Positions 39,701 through 51,700 of a stretch of 64,000 nucleotides of DNA are shown one piece after another. Under the pieces are notes generated by a model. That model had not been told where the DNA came from. It was given only the letters and a program-made list of their open reading frames with translations, and did not search any database. The translations under genes were made by a program, and so were the position numbers. Position 1 is the stretch's first letter. Each line of letters starts with the position of its first letter. Source of the stretch: an uncultured Methanosarcinales archaeon (GTDB taxonomy: Archaea; Halobacteriota; Methanosarcinia; Methanotrichales; Methanotrichaceae); contig CAWJKV010000014.1 of the NCBI GenBank assembly GCA_963843555.1, forward strand, positions 64,001 to 128,000, read 5' to 3'.

Positions 39701-39913
39701 TCGGCAACTGACCCCGATGGGAACAGGGTGAAGTGTACATTCGATTGGGGAGATGGAACAATCTCCACCACAGGTCTGGTAAACAGTGGAGCGAGCGTCA
39801 GTGCATCCCACAGATGGACCAGAGCAAAAGAGTATCAGGTCAAAGCGAAAGCTATTGATACTCAGGGTGCAATTTCAGAGTGGTCGAATTCGTTATCGGT
39901 CACGATAACCTGA
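36731..39913 (+). CDS. Secreted papain-like (C1A) cysteine protease with SdrD-B-like and six PKD domains
   Basis: DQGVCGNCW, GGHEV, NSWG catalytic motifs; FDWGDG six times. Confidence 0.88.
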   Translation: MKQNLAIFFVCLVCLFSCTGLSFGDGSDIVNSSSTWQDASLLNKDPGTDNAAADPNSLPPGIPSNLEGSEFIINGTKFDDLNGDGLRSKDENGIPGWTIVLKTDGMDYLQTTTDDEGGYSFPNLSPGIYTVSEINPAGWNQTAPGGGSYTINLIDKDAINYDFGNHPGPVRSAPRTYPIMSRNAWLIHSQGVKRLSEAEGYNTTDLKAQANASFPASMSLLSHVPYIPDERDQGVCGNCWVWGCTVPVEIANYFQNNVSDRLSIQYFNSNYNGGTGSWACCGGWEGIFASFYNAQKKFIPWSNTNANYRDGNRQCGSSTGVPAGSISTAPSYPITSIQWHLIPTRGSGITQDQAINNIKAILNQNKAVTLGFYLPDFSPFFSYWSSNSGVWNPDLYCGQPDGAYPGGHEVTIVGYNDTSPTDHYWIVLNSWGTNNAHPDGTYKVNMHMNYGCTNSGYYSYDFGYFDVVFSTINTAPNKPLAPSGPGNGTTGISYIYVTSATDPDGDQVLYTFDWGDGTTQSQTSLVNSGSNASASHVWNSGGMYQVRAFATDNKSASSGWSEALTVAINETINTPPQMPLVPIGPNSGTTETAYSYITSATDPDGDRVLYIFDWGDGTTQSQTGLVDSGSNASASHIWDAAGTYQISAFAMDSRGASSDRSNATEIVIDEMPNRPPETPSAPTGPNSGTIETSYLYATSATDPDGDRIIYTFDWGDGSAESQTGSVNSGSNAYASHSWNAAGTYQLKAFATDSEGADSGWSDSTTVIVNEPPNSPPNTPSAPYGIASGKAGNAYSYATYVSDPNSDQVKCTFDWGDGTTSETDYIASGTQATGSHTWNSGGTYRVKVMATDSKDANSGWSAAKTVIIAGNSPPRTPAKPTGLSSGKIGTSYGFATYAADPDRDRVMYTFDWGDGTTSETGYVASGARASGSHIWSNGGSYPVKAMATDSNGANSGWSAAKTVVINAPPDSPQAPSGPGSGARGAYYTYTTSATDPDGNRVKCTFDWGDGTISTTGLVNSGASVSASHRWTRAKEYQVKAKAIDTQGAISEWSNSLSVTIT
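38150..39910 (+). repeat. Six ~300-bp PKD-coding repeats
   Basis: Recurring GACTGGGGAGA/GATTGGGGAGA at about 300-bp spacing. Confidence 0.8.
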
Positions 39914-39952
39914 AGTGAACAGGGCAGGGAGCTGGATGAATCCGGCAGACCC

Positions 39953-39970
39953 GGGCTCCCGGTTTTTTTT
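39953..39970 (+). terminator. Hairpin plus T-tract between convergent genes
   Basis: CCGGG-CT-CCCGG core followed by T8. Confidence 0.5.
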
Positions 39971-42900
39971 AGCTGTCGGCCTTTGTTATCGCCAGCCATC
40001 TGGCGAGCATTTCCGCCAGTTCCTTTTGTTGGACTGGTTTGGCAATAAAATCGTTCATTCCGGCCTGAATACACTTATCTCTATCACCTCGCATGGTAAA
40101 GGCGGTCATGGCGATGATGGGAATTTTCGGGTTGAGGATCTTTGATCCTTCCCGGCGGATGCTGCGAGTCGCCTCGAAACCGTCCATCTCGGGCATCTGG
40201 CAGTCCATCAGCACCAGGTCGTAGGGAATGATCCGGAGCGCATTGATGGCTTCCTGACCATTGGCCACCACATCAGCCCGGAAGCCTATCTTTTTCAGCA
40301 TGGCCTGTGCCACTTTCTGGTTTATGGGATTATCCTCCGCCACAAGGATGCGTATTTTACGCTTGTCGGATTCGGAAATGGCAGGCACGACGGCGGAAGA
40401 GCGTTCTCTTGGTCCCTCGCCCTCAATTTCGGTGAGCGATGCGGCGTTTAAAGGCTGCTTCTCAAACACGGCAGTGAACCAGAAGGTCGATCCTTTGCCT
40501 TCTTCGCTTTCTACACCGATCCTTCCTCCCATCAATTCCGCTAGCTGTTTGGAGATGGCCAGTCCCAAACCGGTTCCTCCGTACTTGCGTGTGGTCGAGC
40601 CATCGACTTGAGTGAAGGGGGAGAAAAGAATATCCTGCCGGTCTGCAGGGATGCCTATGCCTGTGTCACTCACAGAAAACCGCAGCACAACATTTTTTTC
40701 ATCTTCACTCTCCAGCATAGCTTGAATCGTGATCTTGCCAGAAGACGTGAACTTCACCGCATTGGTTCCCAGATTGACTAAAATCTGGCGCAGCCTTCCA
40801 GGATCACCTCGCAGTAGCATTGGCACCCCGGGCAGTACCCGGCAGACCAGCTCCAGCCCTTTCTCATGAGCTCCAATGGCCAAAAAATCGAATGTATCCT
40901 TCAGCGTAGAGCCCAGGTCGAAGCTCAGGATCTCCAGCTCCAGTTTGCCGGCCTCGATCTTGGAGGAGTCCAGGATGTCGTTGACGAGGGAGAGCAGTGT
41001 CTCGCTGCTAATACGAGCCATTTGCGCATATTCACGAGCTTCTGCATTCAGGTTCATATCCATCAGCAATCCGATCATGCCGATGACGCCGTTCAAAGGG
41101 GTCCGGATCTCATGGCTCATATTAGCCAGGAATTCGCTCTTAGCAGCATTGGCCTCCCTGGCCTGCCTGGCCATCTCGTTGGCTCGTGCTGTCTGCTCCA
41201 CGAGATCATCGTTGAGCCGGTTGGCTTCGATCAGAGATTCAAGCAGCTCTTCGTCCACATGGGCTGTCTGGATGACCTGGGTGGTCATGTTGCTCAGGTT
41301 GTCAAGTTGCGCATCATCTTCGAAGGTGATAGGTCGTTTGCTGAAAAGGGCCAGGACTCCTAAGGTGTCTCCGCCTGGTGGACGCAGCTGGTAGCCGGCA
41401 AACGAAACGAGGCCGATCTCCTTTGCCCATGCGCGATTATGAACCCGGGGCTCGTTCTGCACATCATTGGTAAGGAACCTGTGTTCCTGCCCCGAAGCTA
41501 AGAGTCCGATCTTGTAGCAACCGAAAGGCACGCGCCCGTGAACCTCACCGTTAGTATGCGGATACCGCCCTGAACTCGCAATAAGTCGAAGACATTGGTC
41601 TCTATAAAGGCAGACATGCGGCCCATCCTTCACCTCCGCGTGCTTGCATCCCGTCTCGCAGAGGTCTCCGGAACCGGTGATCCAAATACGGCAAAAGTCG
41701 GCCTCGAAGATATCTACCACACCGTCGGTGATCCTCTTGAGTTTCTGCTCCAATCTGCCAGGACTCAGTAAAGTCTGCTGAAGTTGATTCAACCTTTCCT
41801 GGCGTATAAAAGATTGCTCGCGGCTTAATTCGGCCTGTTTGCGCTTGGTTATATCCAGCATTACTCCCACGATGCCTGCTATCTCGCCGGCAAAATTTTT
41901 AAAAGTTGATTTGGTGAAATGGAATTCTCGATTCTCACCGTCAGAGCATCGCACCTGCCCTTCGTACACCTGGACGCCTAACTCCCGGAATAGTTCCTGG
42001 TCCTGCTCGTAATACCTATCTGCCAGGTCAAGAGGAATCCCTTCCGGTAATTCATAAACGGATTTGCCGATGATATTCTCTTTAGGCAGGCCAACGATTT
42101 GCCTGGCAAATGCATCGTTGCAGCCCAGATATCGGCCCTGCCTATCTTTGAAGAAGATTGGGCTGGGGATTGTTTCAATCAATGTTTCCAGGAATTTCAG
42201 GTTGTTTTGTAGAACTTCCTGCTCTCGTTTGCGCTCAGATACATCGCGGATGGACTCTATGGCACCTATTCTTTCTCCCAGAACATCAAAGATCGGTCCT
42301 GCCGTTGCCCAAACGTATGCCCCTTTACCCCTACGCAATGCGGATGCAAATGTCTCTGCATAGAGAGTGTTCCCAATCCTCTTTACATATTGATAATTCG
42401 AGGCGATCTCATTATCATCTTTATCCAGGAGATCCAGCAACTGCTTCCTTCGGAAACCATAAAAAGGAACTGTGTAGGCATGGTCTCCCTGCCCGATCAT
42501 CTCGTTCCTGCAAACACCTGTCATATCCTCCATGGCCCGGTTCCAGGCGATCACCAAACCAGCTTTATCCACAGCGAATGTGGCATCGGGAAGGAAATCA
42601 ATGATATCGGCCAGGCGTTGTTCTGATTCCCGCAATGCATTTTCCGCTCGTTTGCGCTCGGTGATGTCCCGCAACTGCTCAATAATGAAAACGATCTCCC
42701 CCTTTTCATTCAATACGGGATTAGATCGGCAGTCAAGATAGGTTCCATATTCTGGCAGATACTTCTCGCTCTGTTCCAACCTCTTCGTCTTCAGCGCCTT
42801 TTCGGTTGCACATTCTTCGCAGGGAATGTTTCGCCCGATCAGTTCATAGCATCGTCGCCCATGGACCTCCTCAGGAGAAAGGTTCAAAAATTCGTATCCG

Positions 42901-44045
42901 GCGCGGTTATAACGTACTATAGTGTGGTCCATATTTTGTATTCCGATGATATCAGGTATGGAGTCGAGGGTAGCATTCAGAAGTGCTTCTGAGGAGGCAG
43001 TTTTCTCCTCCGCCCTCTTGCGCATCAGCGCCACTCCGATATGTGATGCGATTCCTTCCAGGAGTTCAACTGTATCGAGGGTGAAACGTCCTTTGCGCCG
43101 ATCATTGAACTGGATCAGACCAACAATCCTATCCACGTTCCTGATGGGCACCAGGGCCATGGAGGCATAACCTTGATGTTTGCATTGGTTGCGTGGATGA
43201 AGCCGGGGGTCCTTGTCTGGTGGGATATCCAGGAACAGTGATGAATCGTTCGTCCAGGCGCTTCCCCCGGGAGTGAAGTGCGGATTCGCCGGGTCGGTCT
43301 TGCCGGAAATTATCAGACCGCAGGTACATTCCAGACTGACATTGCCGTCTTTGTCCCGGCACACTCCGCCGTCTTTGGCACGTTCGATCAGCGTGTTTTC
43401 CGTCAGCAGAAAATCACTGGAAAAGCCTTCCTGGGCTAAATATGGAAAGTCATCCCCTTCTTGCAGACGAATGCCAACGGCATCGAACCCGGTCCGAGTC
43501 TTCAATTCGACGAGGACGCGCCGGATAGAATCCAGCAGATCTCCCGGCTCGTTCAGTATCTGCAGGACCGCCCTGCCCATTTCTCTATATGCTCCCGCCC
43601 ACTTGCGTTCGGTGATGTCAGTTGTCGTGCCAAAGGCGGCGACCCGGCCATCCGGTTGGGAATAAGCCGAACCCATGGAACGAACCCAAATCGTTGTGCC
43701 GTCAGCTTTTAGCAGACGATATTCTGCGGTCTTGTCCTTTCCAAGCACCCGTATCCCTTCGGAAAGCATCTCCTGCACGGCCGGCAAGTCATCTGGGTGA
43801 ATATATGAAAAGAATTTTTCGAAACTGTTTGCGATGGTCCCATCCGGTAAGCCAATTATCCTGTCGGCAACCGGCGAAATAAATGAGTCGACATGCTCAC
43901 CACTGGCCTCGACATCATAGCTCCAGATGATATCGGATATCATCGAAATAGCTCGTTCATACTTTGCATTGCTAGCTTGCGCTGCTTGCAAGGCTCTTTG
44001 CAGCTCTTTCTCAGCCTGGAGGTGATCGATGAGGTCATTACCCAT
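39969..44045 (-). CDS. Hybrid sensor histidine kinase (PAS/GAF - HisKA - HATPase - REC)
   Basis: [42 protein letters not shown]. Confidence 0.95.
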   Translation of the reverse strand: MGNDLIDHLQAEKELQRALQAAQASNAKYERAISMISDIIWSYDVEASGEHVDSFISPVADRIIGLPDGTIANSFEKFFSYIHPDDLPAVQEMLSEGIRVLGKDKTAEYRLLKADGTTIWVRSMGSAYSQPDGRVAAFGTTTDITERKWAGAYREMGRAVLQILNEPGDLLDSIRRVLVELKTRTGFDAVGIRLQEGDDFPYLAQEGFSSDFLLTENTLIERAKDGGVCRDKDGNVSLECTCGLIISGKTDPANPHFTPGGSAWTNDSSLFLDIPPDKDPRLHPRNQCKHQGYASMALVPIRNVDRIVGLIQFNDRRKGRFTLDTVELLEGIASHIGVALMRKRAEEKTASSEALLNATLDSIPDIIGIQNMDHTIVRYNRAGYEFLNLSPEEVHGRRCYELIGRNIPCEECATEKALKTKRLEQSEKYLPEYGTYLDCRSNPVLNEKGEIVFIIEQLRDITERKRAENALRESEQRLADIIDFLPDATFAVDKAGLVIAWNRAMEDMTGVCRNEMIGQGDHAYTVPFYGFRRKQLLDLLDKDDNEIASNYQYVKRIGNTLYAETFASALRRGKGAYVWATAGPIFDVLGERIGAIESIRDVSERKREQEVLQNNLKFLETLIETIPSPIFFKDRQGRYLGCNDAFARQIVGLPKENIIGKSVYELPEGIPLDLADRYYEQDQELFRELGVQVYEGQVRCSDGENREFHFTKSTFKNFAGEIAGIVGVMLDITKRKQAELSREQSFIRQERLNQLQQTLLSPGRLEQKLKRITDGVVDIFEADFCRIWITGSGDLCETGCKHAEVKDGPHVCLYRDQCLRLIASSGRYPHTNGEVHGRVPFGCYKIGLLASGQEHRFLTNDVQNEPRVHNRAWAKEIGLVSFAGYQLRPPGGDTLGVLALFSKRPITFEDDAQLDNLSNMTTQVIQTAHVDEELLESLIEANRLNDDLVEQTARANEMARQAREANAAKSEFLANMSHEIRTPLNGVIGMIGLLMDMNLNAEAREYAQMARISSETLLSLVNDILDSSKIEAGKLELEILSFDLGSTLKDTFDFLAIGAHEKGLELVCRVLPGVPMLLRGDPGRLRQILVNLGTNAVKFTSSGKITIQAMLESEDEKNVVLRFSVSDTGIGIPADRQDILFSPFTQVDGSTTRKYGGTGLGLAISKQLAELMGGRIGVESEEGKGSTFWFTAVFEKQPLNAASLTEIEGEGPRERSSAVVPAISESDKRKIRILVAEDNPINQKVAQAMLKKIGFRADVVANGQEAINALRIIPYDLVLMDCQMPEMDGFEATRSIRREGSKILNPKIPIIAMTAFTMRGDRDKCIQAGMNDFIAKPVQQKELAEMLARWLAITKADS

Positions 44046-44206
44046 TATTATAACCAAATGAATAGTCTTGATTGATAGAGCTTTGGGAAGATTTGCCAGA
44101 GCTTCAGCCTACCTATCGCTGCCCTCTGCCTGGAGCAACGGCATCCGTCTTCCAGGCTTCAACCGATTGATATTGCGCGTTTTATCGCCCTCATGCCAGA
44201 AGGCAT

Positions 44207-45796
44207 TCATAACGTTAAATCCTCAGACTTGAGCTCACCCCAGGCGTGGCTAATTCGTTCTGAGATAATAGTGGCCAGAGCCATTACTGTTAGCTGAGGG
44301 TTAACTCCGATTGCAGTTGGAAATACGCTTGCATCGCAAACGAAGAGGTTCCTGAACCCGTAGACTTTGCAGTTCGAGTCAACCACACAGATTTCAGGAT
44401 CATTCCCCATGCGATTTCCTCCTTGAGGATGGGCAGACCCCAAGAGCATCCCCTTGCGATCGTTCTTTATGACTTTAATGAGCTCTGGGATCTCATCTGG
44501 GCTCTCAAGGATCGGCTTGGCCATGTGTGGAGTCACTACCCTGGATGCGCCCAATCTGAACCACATCCTGGAGATCACCTCAACGCCCCTTGCTATGTTG
44601 TCGATCTCTTTCTGCTTGAGAGAGTAATCTACCCTGGGGAGCCCGCGTGTCTGTCAGTGTTATCTCGCCATTTGATCCATCTCTAACCAGGACGCCAGCC
44701 ATCGCATAATGATTGTACCTCATCATCAGCTCCCCATGCCGCCCTCCCGATATTGGCAAAAGCAGGGAGAGCTGCAGAGGCGGAAGGAATGTGCCTTCGA
44801 TCAGGAATCCGCCGTCCTCTACTCCATTGGTCACCCCAAAATCGTGCAAAGTATAGGTCATGGGAATGCCTTGAATTCCCTTTATCTCGAAGGGGAAGTC
44901 TCCCAGGACGAATGGAACCGGGTGGAGTGCAAGGCCTTTGCCTGCCTTTGCCTTCTGCTATTGAGCTCTTAAGAAGAAGCTCTGTCGAGGCTATGGACCC
45001 GGCAGCTATCACCACAAGGCGCGCGGTTACCCGCATCTTGTGAAGAACATTTCCGGAACTGTCCAGAAAGTCTCCATCGACCCCATCGACGGTATCACCA
45101 GAGTGCGTAATCCTTTCCGCCGAGCAGTTGCAGTAAATTTTTATGTTCGATCTGGGATTGTTCAGAGCCTTGTGAAGGTATGTGACCCTCATGTCCTGCT
45201 TTGTCTCGTAATGGCATCCCAGGTGGCACAGGCCGCACTGCATGCAACTGAAGCAGTTCCTGGAGTTGGGGTGGTGCTTGGAAAAGCCCATTAGCTCACA
45301 TCCCTTTCTGAACATGAGGCTGTTGTTACTCAGCTCGTCCTCTCTCACCCGAGTGATATGAATCTCGGAGGATACCTCGCTAAAGGCCTCATTCCATTCG
45401 TCATCGGAGATGCTCAACGCCCATATTCCTCCACTGTCTCCTGACGATATCAGGCAATTGAAAGCAGACAGCATCGTTAATGACCGTGGAACCCCCCAGG
45501 CAGGAGCCCTGAGATATGGCTATCCTGAGGTTGCTTGTGAAGTTGGCAGCGCAGTTTTTCCAGAGGAGGGGTATCATGTCCTCGTCCCTCTGGTTCATGT
45601 CCTCCCCCTCGAAGTAACCCCCGCGCTCCAGAAGCACTACCGATTTGCCGGAATCACTGAGCTTCTTTGCAATTACTGCGCCTGCAGCACCGGAACCTAT
45701 CACGCAGACATCGCAATGCTCCATCACATCTCCTTCGACCATCGAGTAGCGTTCTTTCCTGGCAGGAAGTCTCTCTACGCCGTATATCATATTCAT
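44207..45796 (-). pseudogene. GMC family oxidoreductase split by three frameshifts
   Basis: GSGAAG, GGSTVIN, CMQCGLCHLGC, SAHPQG, DASVFPT..NPQLTVMAL in four consecutive frames; breaks near 45415, 44940 and 44635. Confidence 0.85.
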
Positions 45797-45888
45797 TCAG
45801 AATTCTCCCTTCTGGTCAATAGGCTGCAGCGACCAATTTTGCATCGGGCAATGGGCTACGCCAGGGAAGATCTGTTGATCATCTCTAT

Positions 45889-46529
45889 CTACAAAGTCCG
45901 ATCAACAATTGGCAGGATTGGCTTGTCCCATCTTGTGATATGATGATGCTTTACCCATCTGGGGTACTGAGGGACCTGGATGGCGTCATATCCTGCGAAC
46001 CTGGCGAGACCGTCTCTGTATATAACCCAGCTGGCGATAGCTCTGGATAACACCTCGACTACGGTGCTGGCATCGCTATTCGACAGGTTCTCCGGGTCGA
46101 AAAGAACCCTGAAGGCCGAGATCATCCTGGCGAGGTTACCTCATAGAGGTCGGGTTCAAGAGCATTGGCATCTATTCGGCCCAGCTTTATCTGGAAATCC
46201 ATCCATCTGGTTGTGTTCTCCTTCTCGTGGGTAATTATCAGAACCATACCATTATGATCTGAGACTTTCAGATAGACCTCCGGGCTGCCCTCAAGCCAGT
46301 CTGCAAAGGCCTTTTCATCAAAGACTATCTCAAAGGAGCCATCTTCATCTGTCATAGCTTCGCCTAATCTGTTGTCAGGATGGAGGTAAGAGACAGGATC
46401 CTTATCGTAAGCCAGCACCTTATATCCCATGACAGGCAGATTATTTTCGTCCCTTATCCGGCCTGTTATTCTATAAGTGGACTTGGATGGCCTGGTGAGT
46501 TCGACCGGGACCTGTGAGCCATCTTTCAT
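45889..46529 (-). pseudogene. Transthyretin-like/carboxypeptidase-regulatory domain protein with one frameshift (~46140)
   Basis: V.AYDKD..LGEAMTDEDGSFEI.F..PEVYLKV; continues in the frame of ORF 45889-46125. Confidence 0.55.
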
Positions 46530-46855
46530 AATCTTAACTGTATTTGATGGAATTTATATATGGCGGTTTGACGCCCGGCTTTCGAAAAGTATTGTACCAG
46601 GATATCGCTTGCGATAGATCAATTGAACGATGAAAAGAGAAGGAGAAGAGGAGAAGAAAAGAGAAGAAGAAGTCTGGGGTGAGAAACAAACCGGATCATA
46701 TATATATCGACCTTACATGAAGAATAAGGCTTTATCTTTATACGATGCATTTACTCAAGCGAGATCCAGGGAAGAGACTATTCGGATCTTGGTGGAAAAG
46801 ATGCGCAAAATAAATGCAAGTCATTCTATTGGTCAATAGTATATGGGTGAAGAAT

Positions 46856-47849
46856 ATGAATAAAATTTGGAGATCAATTGCTCTCATCGTATCTGTTCTC
46901 ATCATATCGTTGATGGGATGTGTCTATGCACAGAAACGGTGTTGCAATGCGGCCTGGAGAGGCAACCGCAGAGCAGCTGTATAATTATGGAATCGGCGAA
47001 GCATGGGTAGGCGGCAATCCACCGTCTGATTTCACCATATATTCTCAATATTATTCGATTTATCAAGGATCTACTCCAAAGAAGCATATTGAAGCTCCGA
47101 AGAAGAGCGATATAAAATACAAGACACCTGCTACAGTTTACTTCAGCTATCAAATGCAGGCAATGCCGTATACTCAATACCAGACTTATGCCACATACAC
47201 AGGTGGCAATTCACTGTGGATACAGGGCTCTTCCAGCTGGACTCAGTATGCCAAAGTTCCACAGGGATCAAGCCTGTCGTTGATGGCGACATCTTCAACA
47301 GGAGGTAATGGCTATCTCTACGAGATAAATCCTGATGGAAAGTTGTATAAGAATGCCTTCTACTTCTATCCAGGATATAATCAGATAGACTTCTATGCAG
47401 ATTCGGTTGGTCAGCACATACTGCTCTTCGATATTGGCAGTCAGGTCAGCAACTCAATAGTCATCGATGTTACGAGCTACTATCCGCCACCAACGTATCA
47501 GCAGCCAGTTCCCACTTATCCGCCCACTCAAACTCTACCCACTCAGGCACCGCCCACCCAGACTCCGCCCCCGGTAACAACGCCACCTCAACATATGGAG
47601 ACACGCCAGGCACAATAGTATCCCAGGGCATGCGTGGATATCAGGTATTTTTGGATGACACATATATCGGAACTGAAGGCTCCGGAGGAGATGCCTCTGG
47701 ACGGAAGGTTCAGCTTCAGCGTCGTTGGCAATCAGAACCATACCGTGAGAGTTTACGATGGCCAGTTCAATTACATCAAGACCATGTACTTCGAGAAGGG
47801 AGTCCAGAAGATAATCAATGTGGAGCCGGGAACGGCGGTCTACTACTAG
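46856..47849 (+). pseudogene. Secreted Pro-rich protein with C-terminal PEGA-like domain, frameshifted
   Basis: Signal MNKIWRSIALIVSVLIISLMGCVYAQ shifts into ORF 46920-47618, then 47630-47878 and 47634-47849. Confidence 0.65.
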
Positions 47850-47960
47850 ATCGTCATTTTTTTTACACTCTAGCTTGAGAGATTGAGTTGAGAAGATAGG
47901 AAGACGAAGTTTCACAAGATGTGATGGGCCGGGCGCCATCAAGAGAAAGGTTTTGCAGAT

Positions 47961-48677
47961 ATGAGATTCAAGAATCTGTTCGTGGTGATTGCAGTCCTGA
48001 TTGCTCTATATGCCAGCAATGCTCACGCTATCGGGGACTCCATAGGCAAGTCGGTGGATCAACTGATCGATGAGAGCAATGGAATCCGTACCCACGATAT
48101 ATATCACCCAGAAAATCCCCAGGAAGCAAGAATGCTCTGGAGCCTGGAGCGCGGGATCAACTTCACCAGCCCTGGCAAGGTATTGGGGAGCAGCACCAGT
48201 CCCAGAGCACCTGATTTCTCTGCTGAGATAAACGAGGAAATTCAAAGCCAGAGTGCAAGCTCCACAAACGCAGCCCAAACCCCGTCTTCTCAAGAGAACA
48301 CAGCCACGCAGGTGGCATCATCACAGGCAGAATCGCAGGTTGAAGCATCGCAAGATGCAAGTGTGGCTGGGAACTGGTCTTTTCGATTGAGAGACAGCAA
48401 GAATAGGGTCATGGCTCTTTCGCTTTTCCAATCATATAATGCAGTCTATGGAACCGGGACCATTAATGATGGTGGGGATACACTCCCTGTTTCGGCTTCC
48501 GGGTCGGTCGAAGGAGACAAACTTCACCTGGATGCTACATCCTCAGGAAATGTCACCCTTTACAGGCTTGCTCTTACGACGAGCGGCAACTCTGCTTCTG
48601 GCGAATACGGGGCGTTTTCGAATGGCAGGGAGCCCTGGATCGGGCTGGCGGAGGGAGTGCGAATTGCGGCTGGGTAG
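47961..48677 (+). CDS. Secreted hypothetical protein
   Basis: Signal peptide; domain VAGNWSF..GTGTI..ASGSVEGDKL shared with 54653-55429. Confidence 0.7.
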   Translation: MRFKNLFVVIAVLIALYASNAHAIGDSIGKSVDQLIDESNGIRTHDIYHPENPQEARMLWSLERGINFTSPGKVLGSSTSPRAPDFSAEINEEIQSQSASSTNAAQTPSSQENTATQVASSQAESQVEASQDASVAGNWSFRLRDSKNRVMALSLFQSYNAVYGTGTINDGGDTLPVSASGSVEGDKLHLDATSSGNVTLYRLALTTSGNSASGEYGAFSNGREPWIGLAEGVRIAAG

Positions 48678-48789
48678 TGATAATAGTGCAAAGGCCAAAA
48701 CGCTGTCGAGAAGAGCTTCCTGTTCTCAGGAGATAAGATTGCCAGAGTTGCAAAAGTCTATCAAAAAAAGAATGGGATAGAAGTCCTTT

Positions 48790-51700
48790 CTATGGGCATG
48801 GGCAAGAGACCAGGATCTTGGCAATTCCCTGATACCTTGCCTCGCAGACACCATTAGTTGCACTGTACTTGAATTGTACATATGTGCCTGTTTTAATGGT
48901 GGGCAGAGGATTGAAGACAAAAGACCCATCTTCATGAACTTCTATGGAACCATACTTGGGATCAATCGTTATCCCTCCCGGATTCAGCACTGCAGTGGCG
49001 ACAGCATCGTTCGCTAGAATTCCCTCGCTTGCCGGAACTACCTTCTGGACTCCGCACTGCCCGGAATAAAGTTCGTTCACGATAGACCAGGGGCATTTAG
49101 CCACGCGGACCGTCACCGTTGCCGGATCTGAGGGGCATTCGCCGTCGAAGGCTTTGTAGGTGAAGGTGTCTATGCCGGTGAAGCCTGTCGCAGGCTTGTA
49201 GCTGAAGGACCCGTCGGGATTCGGTGTGAGAGTGCCGTGACTTGGCCCTGCGAATTGCTCCGCAATGAGACTGTCGCCATCATCGTCTTCGTCGTTGAGA
49301 AGGATGCTGTCAGCAACACCCACGACCAGGAGCTTGCCATAGATAACACCGTACTCGTCATCTGTTGCCACTGGGCAGGCATTGTCCTCAACGCATTCCA
49401 CGTAGATGGTTACCGTTCCAACGTCCTGGCTCTCTGGAGTGCATTTACCGTCGGTCACCTTGTAGGTGAAGGTGTCATCGCCGCAGAAGTCTGCTGCAGG
49501 TGTGTAAACGAAGGACCCATCAGTGCTCAATGCAACTGTTCCGCCGTTTACGGAAGTCGTATCAAAGCTTGCTACGGTGAGAGTGTCTCCAACATTGGCA
49601 TCCTCGTCGTTATCGAGCACTCCTGTATCGACTGGTACATTCAGAGGTGTATCCTCGATGGCGTCGTACTCGTCATCTGTTGCCACCGGGCAAATGTTGT
49701 CCTCAACGCATTCCACATAGATGGTTACCTCTCCAACGTCCTGGCTCTCGCAGATGCCGTCGGTCACCTTGTAGGTGAAGGTGTCATCGCCGCAGAAGTC
49801 TGCTGCAGGCGTGTACACGAAGGACCCATCGCCGCTCAATGCAACTGTTCCGCCGTTTACGGAGGTCGCATCGAAGCTTGCTACAGTCAGAGTCGCTGAG
49901 TCCTCATCCTCGTCGTTCAACAGAACTCCGAGATCGGCAGTTACTGTCAGAGTCTGATCCTCGACAGCATCATATCCGTCATTCACTGCCACCGGGCAGT
50001 CGTTGACAGGTGTAACTGTGATGGTGACTGTTGCTTCCTCGCAATCGCCATCAACGTCGCATATCTCGTAAGTAAAGCTGTCTATGCCACTCCAGCCTGC
50101 TTCAGGCGTATAGGTGTATGTGCCGTCTGGATTGAAGACCACACCGCCGTTTGCCGGATCCGTTAACTTGGACCAGGTGTTTCCGCCGTCACCGGAGAGT
50201 ACATCGTTTCCGGTTACGCTATCGCTTACGGGTGTATCCTCGGGTGTGGTGACCTCGTCATCTTCTGCTATGGGCATCTCATCGACAGAAGTCACTGTGA
50301 TGGTGACTGTAGCTTCATCACAATCATCGTCCGCGTCGCATATCTTGTAAGTAAAGCTGTCTATGCCACTCCAGCCTGCATTAGGCGTGTAGGTGTATGT
50401 GCCGTCTGGATTGAAGACCACACCGCCGTTTGCCGGATCCGTTAACTTGGACCAGGTGTTTCCGCCGTCACCGGAGAGTACATCGTTTCCGGTTACGCTA
50501 TCGCTTACGGGTGTATCCTCGGGTGTGGTGACCTCGTCATCTTCTGCAACAGGCATCTCATCGACAGAAGTCACTGTGATGGTGACTGTAGCTTCATCAC
50601 AATCATCGTCCGCGTCGCAGATCTTGTAAGTAAAGCTGTCTATGCCACTCCAGTCTGCATTAGGCGTGTAGGTGTATGTGCCGTCTGCATTAAAGACCAA
50701 AGCTCCGTTTGCGGGATCCGTTAACTTGGACCAGGTGTTTCCGCCGTCACCGGAGAGTACATCGTTTCCGGTTACGCTATCGCTTACAGGTGTATCCTCG
50801 AGTGTTGTGACCTCGTCATCTTCTGCAACAGGCATCTCATCGACAGATGTCACTGTGATGGTGACTGTAGCTGGGTCACAATCGCCGTCGACGTCGCAGA
50901 TCTTGTAGGTAAAGCTGTCTTGGCCATTCCAGTTTGCTGCAGGCGTGTAGGTGTATGTGCCATCGGAATTAAAGACCACTGTTCCGTGTGCGGGATCTGT
51001 CAGTTTCGACCAGGTATTACCTCCGTCACCGGAGAGTACATCGTTTCCAGTAACGCTTCCGCTTACGGGAGTATCTTCATTCGTGGCTTTTGCGTCATCG
51101 TTTGCTATGGGAATATCATCTACTGATGACACTGTGATGGTAACCGTAGCTGGGTCACAATCCCCATCGACATCGCAGATCTTGTAGGTGAAGCTGTCCT
51201 GACCGTTCCAGTTTGCTGCAGGCGTGTAGGTGTATGTGCCATCGGAATTAAAGACCACTGTTCCGTGTGCGGGATCTGTCAGTTTCGACCAGGTATTGCC
51301 TCCGTCACCGGAGAGTACATCGTTTCCAGTAACGCTTCCGCTTACGGGAGTATCTTCATTCGTGGCTTTTGCGTCATCGTTTGCTATGGGAATATCATCT
51401 ACTGATGACACTGTGATGGTAACCGTAGCTGGGTCACAATCCCCATCGACATCGCAGATCTTGTAGGTGAAGCTGTCCTGACCGTTCCAGTTTGCTGCAG
51501 GCGTGTAGGTGTATGTGCCATCGGAATTAAAGACCACTGTTCCGTGTGCGGGATCTGTCAATTTGGACCAGGTATGAACGCCTTCACCGGTTTGTTGATC
51601 GTTTCCGGTTACGCTTGCGGTTACAGGTGTATCCTCGGGTGTGGTAACTGAGTCATCGTTTGCAACTGGCAGATCGTTTACGGGGGTCACTGTGACTGTT

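Noticed and set aside
46630..46839. Small ORF with purine-rich N-terminus (also 10311-10541 and 53147-53371)
   Set aside because: No motif or supporting evidence for coding status.
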